A stretch of 64,000 bases of DNA from Eubacteriales bacterium (GTDB taxonomy: Bacteria; Bacillota; Clostridia; Oscillospirales; CAG-272). The stretch is taken from assembly GCA_045589215.1 (NCBI GenBank), contig JAZNOQ010000085.1, positions 4,348 to 68,347 on the forward strand. Direction: 5' to 3'. Each line of letters begins with the position of its first letter. Within the stretch, counting starts at the first letter, position 1. The notes below the pieces were generated by a model. The model made no database searches, was not told the DNA's origin, and saw only the letters and a list, made by a program, of their open reading frames with translations. A program made the position numbers and the translations under genes. This document shows, one piece after another, positions 35,251 to 44,301 of this stretch.

Positions 35251-35973
35251 TTATTCGAGAATGTTCGAGGTAATGTAATCTATGCCCCAAGCGATCAGAT
35301 CTTCGGCATTTTCAAGCTGATCCACCGTCCAGCAATTGACGCGAATGCCGTTTTCGTGGCAGAGTGCGATCTTTTCTGCATCGAGTGCCTTGTAATGAAT
35401 ATCAAGGTCGAGATCTTGTGCCTTGAGTCGGTCGATCAGATCCTCGGAAAATTTTTTGGTGATAAACTGTGCCGCTTGTGTGGGATATTTCTTACGGAGA
35501 AATACCAGATTTTCATAGCAAGACGAAATAAAGATCGTTTTGTCGAGATAGCCGAGTTCGTCGATGATCCTGCAGATCTCATAGATATCCTCTTCGAAAA
35601 ATGCTTTTTTCAGCTCAAGTACTGCATACTTTTCGTAATATTTGCAGACGTTGATGTATTCCTCCAGATTGGGCATACGAAGGTCGATGCGTCCTCTTTT
35701 GCCCTCCTTGTCGGTGAGGGGAAGCGCACGAAGGGTATCGTACGTGGTTTCCTCGACAACCATGTTGTCGATCGCAACGCGAGCGGTGGTATCATCGTGG
35801 AAGAGAATGTACTTTCCGTCGCCGGTCTTTTGGATGTCGGTCTCGATGCCGTAATAGGAACGGTTACCTGCCGCAACGAATGCGGGCATGGTGTTTTCCT
35901 TCTCAAGTCCGCTGCAGCCGCGATGTGCGACCATCAGGGTCTTTCCTTTGTTTTTTATGTGGATGGTATCCAT
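35251..35973 (-). CDS. glycerophosphodiester phosphodiesterase (GDPD family)
   Basis: MVAHRGCSGLEKENTMPAF and IETDIQKTGDGKYILFHDD signatures. GGAGGAA RBS. Confidence 0.85.
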   Translation of the reverse strand: MDTIHIKNKGKTLMVAHRGCSGLEKENTMPAFVAAGNRSYYGIETDIQKTGDGKYILFHDDTTARVAIDNMVVEETTYDTLRALPLTDKEGKRGRIDLRMPNLEEYINVCKYYEKYAVLELKKAFFEEDIYEICRIIDELGYLDKTIFISSCYENLVFLRKKYPTQAAQFITKKFSEDLIDRLKAQDLDLDIHYKALDAEKIALCHENGIRVNCWTVDQLENAEDLIAWGIDYITSNILE

Positions 35974-36024
35974 GGCGTGATTCCTCCGAGCGGTTGCAGA
36001 TATGATTTGCGGAAAACGCAGTGA

Positions 36025-37053
36025 TCAGCACTTGATCTCGTGGATCCAACCTGCGGGTGCCTCGATCCTGCCCATCTGAATGCCCGTGAGGGTCTCGTAG
36101 AGCTGCTTTGTGACCTTGCCCATCTCGTTCATTCCCGAGGGGAGGCAGATCTCCTTGCCGTGGTCGACGATCTTACCGACGGGGGAGATGACCGCCGCCG
36201 TACCGCAAAGTCCGCATTCTGCCATATCGGAAAGCTCGGAGAGATAGACCTCTCGCTCCTCGACGTCAAGTCCAAGGTATTCCTTCGCGACGTAGACGAG
36301 ACTGCGGCGAGTGATCGAGGGAAGAATGCTGTCCGACTTCGGCGTGACCACCTTTCCGTCCTTTGTAACGAAAAGAATGTTCGCACCGCCCGTTTCCTCG
36401 ATCTTCGTGCGTGTGCCGGGATCAAGATAAATGTTTTCGTCGTAGCCCTGCTCGTGTGCATCAACGATATTGTACAGCGACATCGCGTAATTCAGTCCCG
36501 CCTTGATGTGACCGGTTCCGCGCGGAGCGGCACGGTCAAGATCGGATACGCGGAGGGTAAGCGGACGAACGCCGCCCTTGAAGTACGGACCTACGGGGGT
36601 TGCAAAGAGACGGAACTGATATTCCTGCGCGGGCTTTACGCCGATGACCGAGCTGCTTCCGAACACGAAGGGACGGAGATAAAGGGTTGCGCCCGAGCCG
36701 TACGGAGGAACCCAAGCGGCATTTGCCGCGACGGTCTTCTCAACAGCTTCGATGAAACGCTCTGCGGGGAGTGCAGGGATCTTTAGCTGACGGGACGAGT
36801 CGATCATACGCTGTGCGTTCAGATCGGGACGGAAGGTAACAATGCGGCCGTCCTCGGTGGTGTATGCCTTGAGGCCCTCAAAGCAGGTTTGTGCATACTG
36901 AAGCACGCCTGCGCATTCGCTGATCGTGATCGTGTTTTCCGTAGAGAGCGCGCCGTCATCCCATGCGCCGTCCTTGAAGTTCGTGACATAGCGATAGTCG
37001 GTGGGAATGTAGCCGAAGCCGAGACTCGCCCAATCAATATTTTTCTTTTCCAT
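36025..37053 (-). CDS. ilvE: branched-chain amino acid aminotransferase
   Basis: 342 aa with a fold-type IV PLP enzyme pattern (FEGLKAY, YLRPF, AAPRGTGHIKAGLNY, GTAAVISPV). Confidence 0.9.
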   Translation of the reverse strand: MEKKNIDWASLGFGYIPTDYRYVTNFKDGAWDDGALSTENTITISECAGVLQYAQTCFEGLKAYTTEDGRIVTFRPDLNAQRMIDSSRQLKIPALPAERFIEAVEKTVAANAAWVPPYGSGATLYLRPFVFGSSSVIGVKPAQEYQFRLFATPVGPYFKGGVRPLTLRVSDLDRAAPRGTGHIKAGLNYAMSLYNIVDAHEQGYDENIYLDPGTRTKIEETGGANILFVTKDGKVVTPKSDSILPSITRRSLVYVAKEYLGLDVEEREVYLSELSDMAECGLCGTAAVISPVGKIVDHGKEICLPSGMNEMGKVTKQLYETLTGIQMGRIEAPAGWIHEIKC

Positions 37054-37208
37054 AAAATATACCTGCCTTTCGGAAATGTTCTCTATAAGCCCATGTGAAG
37101 GGGCAACGCAATTATTTTATCACATCTTGCTTCAAAATGCGATAGCTTTTTGAAAAAAATTTCGCGTTTTGTGTATTTTTTCGCAAAAAAATGAGTGAAG
37201 CCTCATAT

Positions 37209-37544
37209 TTACGGCTCAATGGCGGTCAATTTGATGATCAACCGAAGATCATCGGGCTGAACCTTCGCCTCGTGTGCCGTTCGGTTTCTGCGGATCATGC
37301 CGCACTTTTTGCATTTATGCACGATCATATAGCCCTTTTTTGAGTCCACCTCTACGCGGATCGGCTCGAGGTCGCCGCCGCAGTTCGCCGCGCGATCGCC
37401 CGGGTTTACATCGAGGTGAAGAGACCATAGGCAGAAGGGGCAATGATTGCGCGAGGAATAGCCGAGGGGCTTGACCTCTTTGCCGCAATGCGCGCAGATA
37501 AAGGATTCGTCGAGCTTTGTGAAGCGCTTGCTTTCAAGTTCCAT
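37209..37544 (-). CDS. RNHCP-domain zinc-ribbon protein
   Basis: Literal RNHCPFCLWSLH motif flanked by CxxC pairs (CAHCG, CKKCG). Confidence 0.7.
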   Translation of the reverse strand: MELESKRFTKLDESFICAHCGKEVKPLGYSSRNHCPFCLWSLHLDVNPGDRAANCGGDLEPIRVEVDSKKGYMIVHKCKKCGMIRRNRTAHEAKVQPDDLRLIIKLTAIEP

Positions 37545-37580
37545 AAACAGCCTTTCCGTAAAATCGTCCGTTTTGTGCCG

Positions 37581-39845
37581 TTAATTCGGCGTAAAGAATT
37601 TCTTCAGTGAAATAAAGGTATCGGTCGCGTATTTTGTAAGGTTTGCGTTATACGAAACCGAGAGGAGGAGAGACGCGATACACGCGACGGTGAAGAAAAG
37701 AAGCACCAAAGAAGTGATCGCCTTTTTGCCTTTCGGGATAACCGTCGAGCTGCCGCTTGCTTCTTCTGCTTGCCCATCTGTACCTGAAAACGCGGAAGAG
37801 AGAGCAAAGGCGAGAAATACTGCCGCGAGAGCCCCCATAACGGTCAGATCGGCAACGTAACGGAAGATCACTCCACCGAGTGAAAAATCAAGAAGTGCAA
37901 CCGTGAAGATACCGACGAGGGTACACATAAGGAGGACCTTTTCGTAGCGCGTGCGGTCTTTCAGAAACAGCGCGGCAGGAGAAAGCAGGAGCGCACGGAA
38001 GAGGGGCAGGGCAAAGAGCCCGAAGCTTGCGTCGATATAAACGTAGTGTCCGTAATCCGAGAGGCTCTCGCGGTTGATCGAAAGGAAGGGGAAGAACGCC
38101 GAGAGCTTCAGATCCTGCAGAAAATAGTGATAGAGCGCGGGGAAGATGTCACCGAGGGACAGCTCGTTGTAGCGGACGTCGCTGACCGTCAGCTGATAGG
38201 AGGTGCCGAATTCAAAAATCGATCCGAACCGCGCTTTGTTGAGACAAAGCAGGACAGTAAGCCCGATCAGCACGGGGAGACCGAGCGCGATGAGCGACAG
38301 CGCGATCTCCTTTGGGGGCGCGAAAAAGCTACGCATCCGCATCAAGCGTGCCGCGAAACGTTTGCTAAGTGAGCTGTGAGCATCGTTCGGGGGATCTTCG
38401 TGGCCGTTCGGCTCATCCGATTCGGAGGGCTCGGCGCGCCGCTTCAGGACACGGAAGACGAGATACGGGATCACGATGAATGCGGCAAGCAGAGCGATGT
38501 TTAGCCTCGAATGAAGAATGAATGCAAAGGAGAGCCCCGCAAGAACGTAGAAAACCGTCCGTGTGCGGAACCGCTCGGCTTCGGCTGCCTTCAGGAGAAG
38601 GTAGAGGAATACAGATAGAAAGGCACTTGCCGCAAGTGTTGCGATATAATAGAAGGGTGTTACGCTTCGTGCGATCAGAAGCATAAGAGAGCCGACGAAC
38701 GCTGTGACCGCTCCGAGCCAGACAACGGGCAGGGGAAGTCTCTGCTTTTCGTGGAGATCTGCCCATTTCAGTACACAAAGCGGGATAAAGACCGCAGCGA
38801 TGAGGAGAAATACCGTCATCACGATGCCGTCGGAGGGAAGAGCACCCGAGAAGAGATAATAGGGGAAATAAACGAGTAGGATGGGGGCTACTCCGAAATA
38901 CGAATAATATTTTCCGTCGTAATACGCGCGGTCCCAAAGGGGATCTGCATCAACGCGGGTGGCGTAGTCGTAGGGGTTTTCAAGAGAAAGCATCTCGTCA
39001 GAGACCGGTATGTCAAGATGAAGCTGTCCCTTCATAAAAGCATCAAACTGCTGGATATAGGGCTGATAGTTGCGTACAGCGCCCTGAAGCGGATACGCGA
39101 TCGCGTCCTTTTGATAGAGAAAGAGGGACGAAAAGAAGATCGCGAGGAAAAGCGTCACGAGGACGGCGGTTTTTGCGCCGTACCGATGGCGGAGGTTCTT
39201 CGGATCGTAATTGGTGTAGAAAAGCCCCGTCACCGAAAGCAGAGCCGGAATGATGAGGAGAAGTGCTACGAGCAGAAAACGAAGGAATGAGAACGCAAAC
39301 GCAGGTGTTTCGTTGATCCGAACCTCGCGAAGCTCGATCGCACCCTTGAGGTTTGAGAATGAGAGCCGCAGATTTCCCTTGTCTTCGTTATCGATCGAAA
39401 GATGAAGCAAGACCGAAGAGAATTCGCCGCCCTCACCGACCGCAAAGGCTTCGTTTGCAACGGTAATGAAGCCGCCGCTCGACCAGGTCGTGCGCGGATC
39501 GGTCGCTGTGACCATTATCTCCGGAGCAGGAAGGGTGTCCCTTGTGTTCGGATTCGTGTATCGGATGTCAAAGGCTACTGTGGAGATGTCGCCGGGGATC
39601 TCTTTAAAGGTAATAGACACCGAGCCCGACTGTGACGGGGTGAGAAGATACGGGTCGCTTTCGTCGGTCTTTTCGACGGTGCAGTAGGGGAGAAGAGAGA
39701 TCTCTTCTTTTCCTGCGTTATAGATAAAGAAACGGCTGAAATTCGCAAAGAGAAGCTCGAATATGAGCGCAAGGAGAACGCAAAGGATCACCGCCCGCAT
39801 CATACGGACGGAACTTGGGTATTTGCTGAAAATCGATGGCTTCAC
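37581..39845 (-). CDS. large polytopic membrane protein with N-terminal extracytoplasmic beta domain (possible GT-C-like glycosyltransferase); GTG start
   Basis: AAAGGAGAG RBS lies 6 nt before the GTG at 39845, with an alternative ATG at 39803. One TM helix, a ~190-aa beta-rich domain and at least 12 TM helices are present. The loop motif PYDYATRVDADPLWDRAYYDGKYYSYFG is also present. Confidence 0.5.
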   Translation of the reverse strand: MKPSIFSKYPSSVRMMRAVILCVLLALIFELLFANFSRFFIYNAGKEEISLLPYCTVEKTDESDPYLLTPSQSGSVSITFKEIPGDISTVAFDIRYTNPNTRDTLPAPEIMVTATDPRTTWSSGGFITVANEAFAVGEGGEFSSVLLHLSIDNEDKGNLRLSFSNLKGAIELREVRINETPAFAFSFLRFLLVALLLIIPALLSVTGLFYTNYDPKNLRHRYGAKTAVLVTLFLAIFFSSLFLYQKDAIAYPLQGAVRNYQPYIQQFDAFMKGQLHLDIPVSDEMLSLENPYDYATRVDADPLWDRAYYDGKYYSYFGVAPILLVYFPYYLFSGALPSDGIVMTVFLLIAAVFIPLCVLKWADLHEKQRLPLPVVWLGAVTAFVGSLMLLIARSVTPFYYIATLAASAFLSVFLYLLLKAAEAERFRTRTVFYVLAGLSFAFILHSRLNIALLAAFIVIPYLVFRVLKRRAEPSESDEPNGHEDPPNDAHSSLSKRFAARLMRMRSFFAPPKEIALSLIALGLPVLIGLTVLLCLNKARFGSIFEFGTSYQLTVSDVRYNELSLGDIFPALYHYFLQDLKLSAFFPFLSINRESLSDYGHYVYIDASFGLFALPLFRALLLSPAALFLKDRTRYEKVLLMCTLVGIFTVALLDFSLGGVIFRYVADLTVMGALAAVFLAFALSSAFSGTDGQAEEASGSSTVIPKGKKAITSLVLLFFTVACIASLLLSVSYNANLTKYATDTFISLKKFFTPN

Positions 39846-40088
39846 GCGGCACTCTCCTTTCCAATCTGCGGGACAAACATATATAATGTAGTATAGCACA
39901 AATCAGAGCTTCTGTCAAGGCAGGGGATAAATGTAAAAAACTTGAGCTTGCTTTGATTTTTTGAAAAATAATGAGCCATAATTCATATAGGGTTCACATA
40001 TTTTTTATATAATGACTTTGAATAGGTTGTGTACGCGAATTGCCGTGCAGAGTTAGATATAGAGTTAGACAGAAAGGTTTCAACAGGT

Positions 40089-41360
40089 ATGGAAAAGGAT
40101 AAAAAACGGGAAGAAAGCTGTGCGCTGAGGAGAAAAACCTCGATCGGCGGACAGGCTTTGATCGAGGGAATTATGATGCGCGGTCCGAAGAAAACCGCGA
40201 TGGCGGTGCGTGATACGCACGGAGAGATCGTTTTTGAGGAGACGGTCAATAAGGAGTCAAAGCATCCGTGGATCAAAAAGGTTCCGATTTTACGCGGCGT
40301 GATCGGCTTCATTCAGTCGATGACGGTCGGATATAAGTGCCTGATGCGCTCGGCAGAGCTGTCGGGGCTTGAAGAGGCAGAGGCGGAGCTTGAACGCGAA
40401 AAAGCAGAAAAAAAGGCGAGAAAAGCGGCAGAGAAGGAAGCGAAGAAAAGCGGAAGATCTGTCGAGGAGATCCTCGCAGAGAGAGCCGAGGCTGAAGCGG
40501 CAAACGAAAAAGCCACATCCGAAGCCGAAACTGACGGAATAGAGAATGGCAAGCCCGATCAAAAATCGGGATCCTCGCCGCTTATGGTCGGCATTATGGT
40601 GCTTGCCGTGATCCTCGCGGTCGTTTTGATGGTCGTGCTGTTCATCTGGCTTCCGACGACCCTGTTCGGGCTTCTCACGAAGGCATTTCCCGTCCTTCTC
40701 TTTCCGAAGAGTCCCGCACTTGCGTCGCTTCTGAAATCGGTGTTTGAGGGACTTTTCAAGGTCATCCTGCTCGTTGCCTATATGGCGCTCGTCTCGCTGA
40801 TGAAGGACATTCGCCGCACCTTTGAATATCACGGTGCAGAGCACAAGACGATCTTCTGCTACGAGCACGGCAAGGCCTTGACCGTTGAAAACGTGCGGAA
40901 GGAACGTCGTTTCCATCCGAGATGCGGAACCTCCTTCCTCATTTTGATGATGCTCGTCGGCATCTTTGTTTGCTTCTTCATTGACCCGATCGCGATCCTC
41001 GTGTCGGGAGCGCCGCTCATCGGTTGGCTTCGTACCGTGGTGCGTCTTGCCCTGCTTCCGATCATCATGGGGCTCGGCTACGAGGTGCTGAAATTTGCGG
41101 GACGGCACGAAAATTGGTTTACCCGTATCATTTCTGCCCCCGGGATGTGGTTACAGCATATCACGGTTCGTGAGCCCGACGATGATATGATCGAATGCGC
41201 GATCAAGGCTTTTCTCGCGGTCATTCCCGAAGGGGAGCTTGAAGAGGAGCTTCAAAAGATCGAAGCGGAAGCACCTTCCGCTCCTTCGGAAGCGTCCGGA
41301 GAGGATGATCCTTCGGAAGCGTCTAGAGAGGATGACTCTGCAAACACATTCGAGGCGTGA
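40089..41360 (+). CDS. DUF1385 (YqhQ-like) membrane protein with inserted Lys/Glu-rich segment and acidic repeat tail
   Basis: IGGQALIEGIMMRG, EYHGAEHKTI and HPRCGTSFL are hallmarks of DUF1385. The start is set at the ATG at 40089. Confidence 0.75.
   Translation: MEKDKKREESCALRRKTSIGGQALIEGIMMRGPKKTAMAVRDTHGEIVFEETVNKESKHPWIKKVPILRGVIGFIQSMTVGYKCLMRSAELSGLEEAEAELEREKAEKKARKAAEKEAKKSGRSVEEILAERAEAEAANEKATSEAETDGIENGKPDQKSGSSPLMVGIMVLAVILAVVLMVVLFIWLPTTLFGLLTKAFPVLLFPKSPALASLLKSVFEGLFKVILLVAYMALVSLMKDIRRTFEYHGAEHKTIFCYEHGKALTVENVRKERRFHPRCGTSFLILMMLVGIFVCFFIDPIAILVSGAPLIGWLRTVVRLALLPIIMGLGYEVLKFAGRHENWFTRIISAPGMWLQHITVREPDDDMIECAIKAFLAVIPEGELEEELQKIEAEAPSAPSEASGEDDPSEASREDDSANTFEA
41283..41336 (+). 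repeat. in-frame 2 x 27-nt tandem repeat in the DUF1385 gene tail
   Basis: ccttcggaagcgtccggagaggatgat / ccttcggaagcgtctagagaggatgac, encoding PSEASGEDD / PSEASREDD. Confidence 0.8.
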
Positions 41361-41396
41361 CCGATTTTATGAAATCCAAAAGTGAAAGGGGTACCT

Positions 41397-41750
41397 ATGG
41401 CAGTTCGATACGTTCGTCTTTCCCCGCGCGAGGCGTATGATAAGATATGCGTCGGCTTGACAGGACAATTCCTCACCGCGGAGGAGATCGCGTCGCATAC
41501 CGTAAGAAATGCGGACAAAAGCGAAACGGTTGTCGGTGTCTTTGAAAAGTATTCGTGGAGAAACAGCAACCGTATGACGATGACGGTGCTGTGCAGTCCC
41601 GCAGGCAAAGGGAAAAGCGAGGTTTTCTTCGTTGCGTCGGGGGCGAGCGGCGGACTTCTCGGCTTCGATTGGGGTGCCGGAGAGGATTTCGAGCATGCGC
41701 TGGAGTCTTCGCTTGGAGAATACCTTTGTACGGATCCCGATGATCTGTGA
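41397..41750 (+). CDS. hypothetical small cytosolic protein
   Basis: 117-aa ORF after a GAAAGGGG RBS. I recognise no motif. Confidence 0.4.
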   Translation: MAVRYVRLSPREAYDKICVGLTGQFLTAEEIASHTVRNADKSETVVGVFEKYSWRNSNRMTMTVLCSPAGKGKSEVFFVASGASGGLLGFDWGAGEDFEHALESSLGEYLCTDPDDL

Positions 41751-41846
41751 CCGCGGATGCGAATTTTTCAAAAACAAGACATAGCAGAATAATGCTCGTG
41801 TAATCTGTGCAATATTCAGACAAACCATGCTTTATAGGAGGAAATT

Positions 41847-43640
41847 ATGCGTATTACAAACGATATCAAATATATTGGCGTGAACGATCACGAGATCGAT
41901 CTCTTCGAGGGGCAGTACGTGGTCCCGAACGGAATGTCGTACAATTCTTATGCCATTATCGACGAAAAGATCGCCGTAATGGATACAGTCGATCAGAGAT
42001 TTACACACGAATGGCTTGACAATATCCGCGATGCACTCGACGGAAGAAAGCCCGATTATCTCGTCGTTCAGCATATGGAGCCCGATCACTCCGCAAACAT
42101 CGTGAATTTCACAAAAGCTTATCCCGATGCGAAGATCGTTGCATCTCAGAAGGCATTCGCTATGATGAAGAACTTCTTCGGCGTTTCGTTTGACGAAAAG
42201 CAGATCGTTGTCGGAGAGGGGGATACCCTTTCGCTCGGCAAGCATCAGCTTACCTTCGTTACCGCACCGATGGTGCCTTGGCCCGAGGTCATCGTAGCGT
42301 ACGACAGCACCGACCGCGTGCTGTTTTCGGCGGACGGCTTCGGCAAGTTCGGTGCTTTTGACGCGGACGAAGAATGGGCAGACGAGGCAAGACGCTATTA
42401 TATCGGCATTGTCGGCAAATACGGCGCGCAGGTACAGAGCCTGCTCCGAAAGGCGGCAACGCTTGATATCGGGACGATCTGCCCCCTGCACGGTCCTGTG
42501 CTTTCCGAAAATCTCGGCTATTATCTTGATCTCTATAACCTTTGGTCGAGCTATCAGATCGAAGAGGAGGGAATCGTCATCGCCTATACCTCGGTTTACG
42601 GAAATACGAAGAAGGCAGTCCTTCAGCTTGCGGAAAAGCTGAAGGCGAACGGATGCCCCAAGGTCGTGATCTATGATCTCGCCCGCTGCGACACTGCAAC
42701 GGCGGTAGCGGATGCCTTCCGTTACAGTAAGCTCGTTCTGGCGACTACGACCTACAATGCAGGGATCTTCCCGTATATGCGCGAGTTCATCGATCACCTG
42801 ACCGAGCGCAATTTCTCGAACAGAACCGTTGCTTTCATCGAAAACGGAAGCTGGGCGCCTCTTGCTGCGAAGGTTATGAAGGGAATGCTTGAAAAATCCC
42901 CGAATATAACCTATACCGAGAACAACGTGAAGATCCTTTCTGCGCTGAATGAGGAATGCTCTGCACAGGTCACGGCTCTTGCAGAGGAGCTTTGCCGTGA
43001 ATATCTCGCACAGCAGGATGCAACCGCAAATAAGAACGATCTTACCGCGCTCTTCCACATCGGCTACGGTCTTTACGTGGTCACGTCGAACGATGGGAAA
43101 AAGGATAACGGTCTGATCGTCAACACCGTGACGCAGGTGACGAGCACGCCGAACAGGATCGCAGTTACGATCAATAAGGCGAATTATTCCCACCACGTGA
43201 TAAAGCAAAGCGGAACGATGAATGTGAACTGCCTGACCGTCGACGCGCCCTTCCAGGTGTTTGAGACGTTCGGCTTCCAGAGCGGCAGAAACGTTAATAA
43301 GTTTGAAAACTGCGAGCCGCTCCGATCGGATAACGGCCTTGTTTTCCTGCCGCGCTATATCAATGCCTTTATGTCGCTCAAGGTCGAGCAGTATATCGAT
43401 CTTGATACACACGGTATGTTTATTTGCTCGGTGACCGAGAGCCGTGTGATCAACAACATCGAAACGATGACGTACACCTATTACCAGAACAACGTAAAGC
43501 CGAAGCCCGAGACCGAAGGGAAGAAGGGCTACGTTTGCAAGATCTGCGGTTACGTGTACGAGGGTGAGCCGCTTCCCGAGGACTTTATTTGCCCGCTTTG
43601 TAAGCACGGCGCGGCAGACTTTGAGCCAATTCAGCAATAA
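41847..43640 (+). CDS. multidomain flavodiiron protein: FprA core (metallo-beta-lactamase-like diiron + flavodoxin) fused to flavin-reductase-like domain and C-terminal rubredoxin
   Basis: Diiron motif VVQHMEPDHSAN, a flavodoxin-like IAYTSVYGNTKK, a flavin-reductase-like YVVTSNDGKKDNGLIVNTV and rubredoxin motifs CKICGYVYEG...CPLCKHG. Confidence 0.85.
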   Translation: MRITNDIKYIGVNDHEIDLFEGQYVVPNGMSYNSYAIIDEKIAVMDTVDQRFTHEWLDNIRDALDGRKPDYLVVQHMEPDHSANIVNFTKAYPDAKIVASQKAFAMMKNFFGVSFDEKQIVVGEGDTLSLGKHQLTFVTAPMVPWPEVIVAYDSTDRVLFSADGFGKFGAFDADEEWADEARRYYIGIVGKYGAQVQSLLRKAATLDIGTICPLHGPVLSENLGYYLDLYNLWSSYQIEEEGIVIAYTSVYGNTKKAVLQLAEKLKANGCPKVVIYDLARCDTATAVADAFRYSKLVLATTTYNAGIFPYMREFIDHLTERNFSNRTVAFIENGSWAPLAAKVMKGMLEKSPNITYTENNVKILSALNEECSAQVTALAEELCREYLAQQDATANKNDLTALFHIGYGLYVVTSNDGKKDNGLIVNTVTQVTSTPNRIAVTINKANYSHHVIKQSGTMNVNCLTVDAPFQVFETFGFQSGRNVNKFENCEPLRSDNGLVFLPRYINAFMSLKVEQYIDLDTHGMFICSVTESRVINNIETMTYTYYQNNVKPKPETEGKKGYVCKICGYVYEGEPLPEDFICPLCKHGAADFEPIQQ

Positions 43641-43738
43641 GCGGATGCTTTAGGCTTCTTTAAAACGAAAACCGTACATTTTGCCCAAAAATATTTGATG
43701 AATATAATTGGATTTCGTGGAAAAGCTCAAAAGGCTAT

Positions 43739-43768
43739 TGACAAGAAGCGGAAAAGTATGGTATAATA
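43739..43768 (+). promoter_or_regulatory. sigma-A promoter upstream of the MGS-like gene
   Basis: TTGACA, an 18-nt spacer, then TGg-TATAAT. Confidence 0.6.
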
Positions 43769-43844
43769 ACACGAACAGAGTAGCTTCGGTGCGGCGAAGG
43801 CCCACCGTGATACGGTATACGACAGTAAGGAGGACATCGTTCGA

Positions 43845-44285
43845 ATGGAGATCGCTATCATTGCACACGATATGAAAAAAGAGCTGATGACACAGTTCTG
43901 CATAGCATACTGCGGTATTTTGAGTAAACACCGCTTGTGTGCGACCAGCATTACGGCAAAATATATTTCCGAGGCCACGGGGCTCGATATTGAGCGCCTG
44001 ATGACGGGTGAGCAGGGCGGTGAGGAGCAGATTGCGTCGAGAATATCCTATAACGAGATTGATCTTCTGCTTTATTTTCGAGACACCCGCTCCGACTCTC
44101 TCCCCAAGGAATCGGATATGGAGCTGCTTCGTATGTGTGATATGTATAATATCCCCGTTGCTACCAATATTGCAACGGCAGAGGTGCTCGTTTGCGCACT
44201 CGACCGCGGCGACCTCGATTGGAGGGCGTTCGTAAATCCTCGCTCGGACTACAATCGGGCGAAGACGATAGACGGAGCGATTTGA
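43845..44285 (+). CDS. methylglyoxal synthase-like (MGS-like) domain protein with non-canonical active-site residues
   Basis: IAIIAHDMKK, ATSITAKYI, GGEEQI and NIPVATNIATAE align to the MgsA blocks AHDHCK, ATGTTG, GGDQQ and NIPVATN. Confidence 0.7.
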   Translation: MEIAIIAHDMKKELMTQFCIAYCGILSKHRLCATSITAKYISEATGLDIERLMTGEQGGEEQIASRISYNEIDLLLYFRDTRSDSLPKESDMELLRMCDMYNIPVATNIATAEVLVCALDRGDLDWRAFVNPRSDYNRAKTIDGAI

Positions 44286-44301
44286 CGGGCGGATAACGGA
44301 G

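Noticed and set aside
39846-39899. ORF-track ATG start at 39899 for the large membrane protein (N-terminal MLYYIIYVCPADWKGECR).
   Set aside because: It has no RBS, and the extension overlaps the likely promoter region. The GTG at 39845 has a near-perfect AAAGGAGAG RBS.
41832-43637. 601-aa minus-strand ORF mirroring the flavodiiron gene almost end to end.
   Set aside because: The sense frame carries unmistakable diiron, flavodoxin and rubredoxin motifs, and the antisense frame has none.
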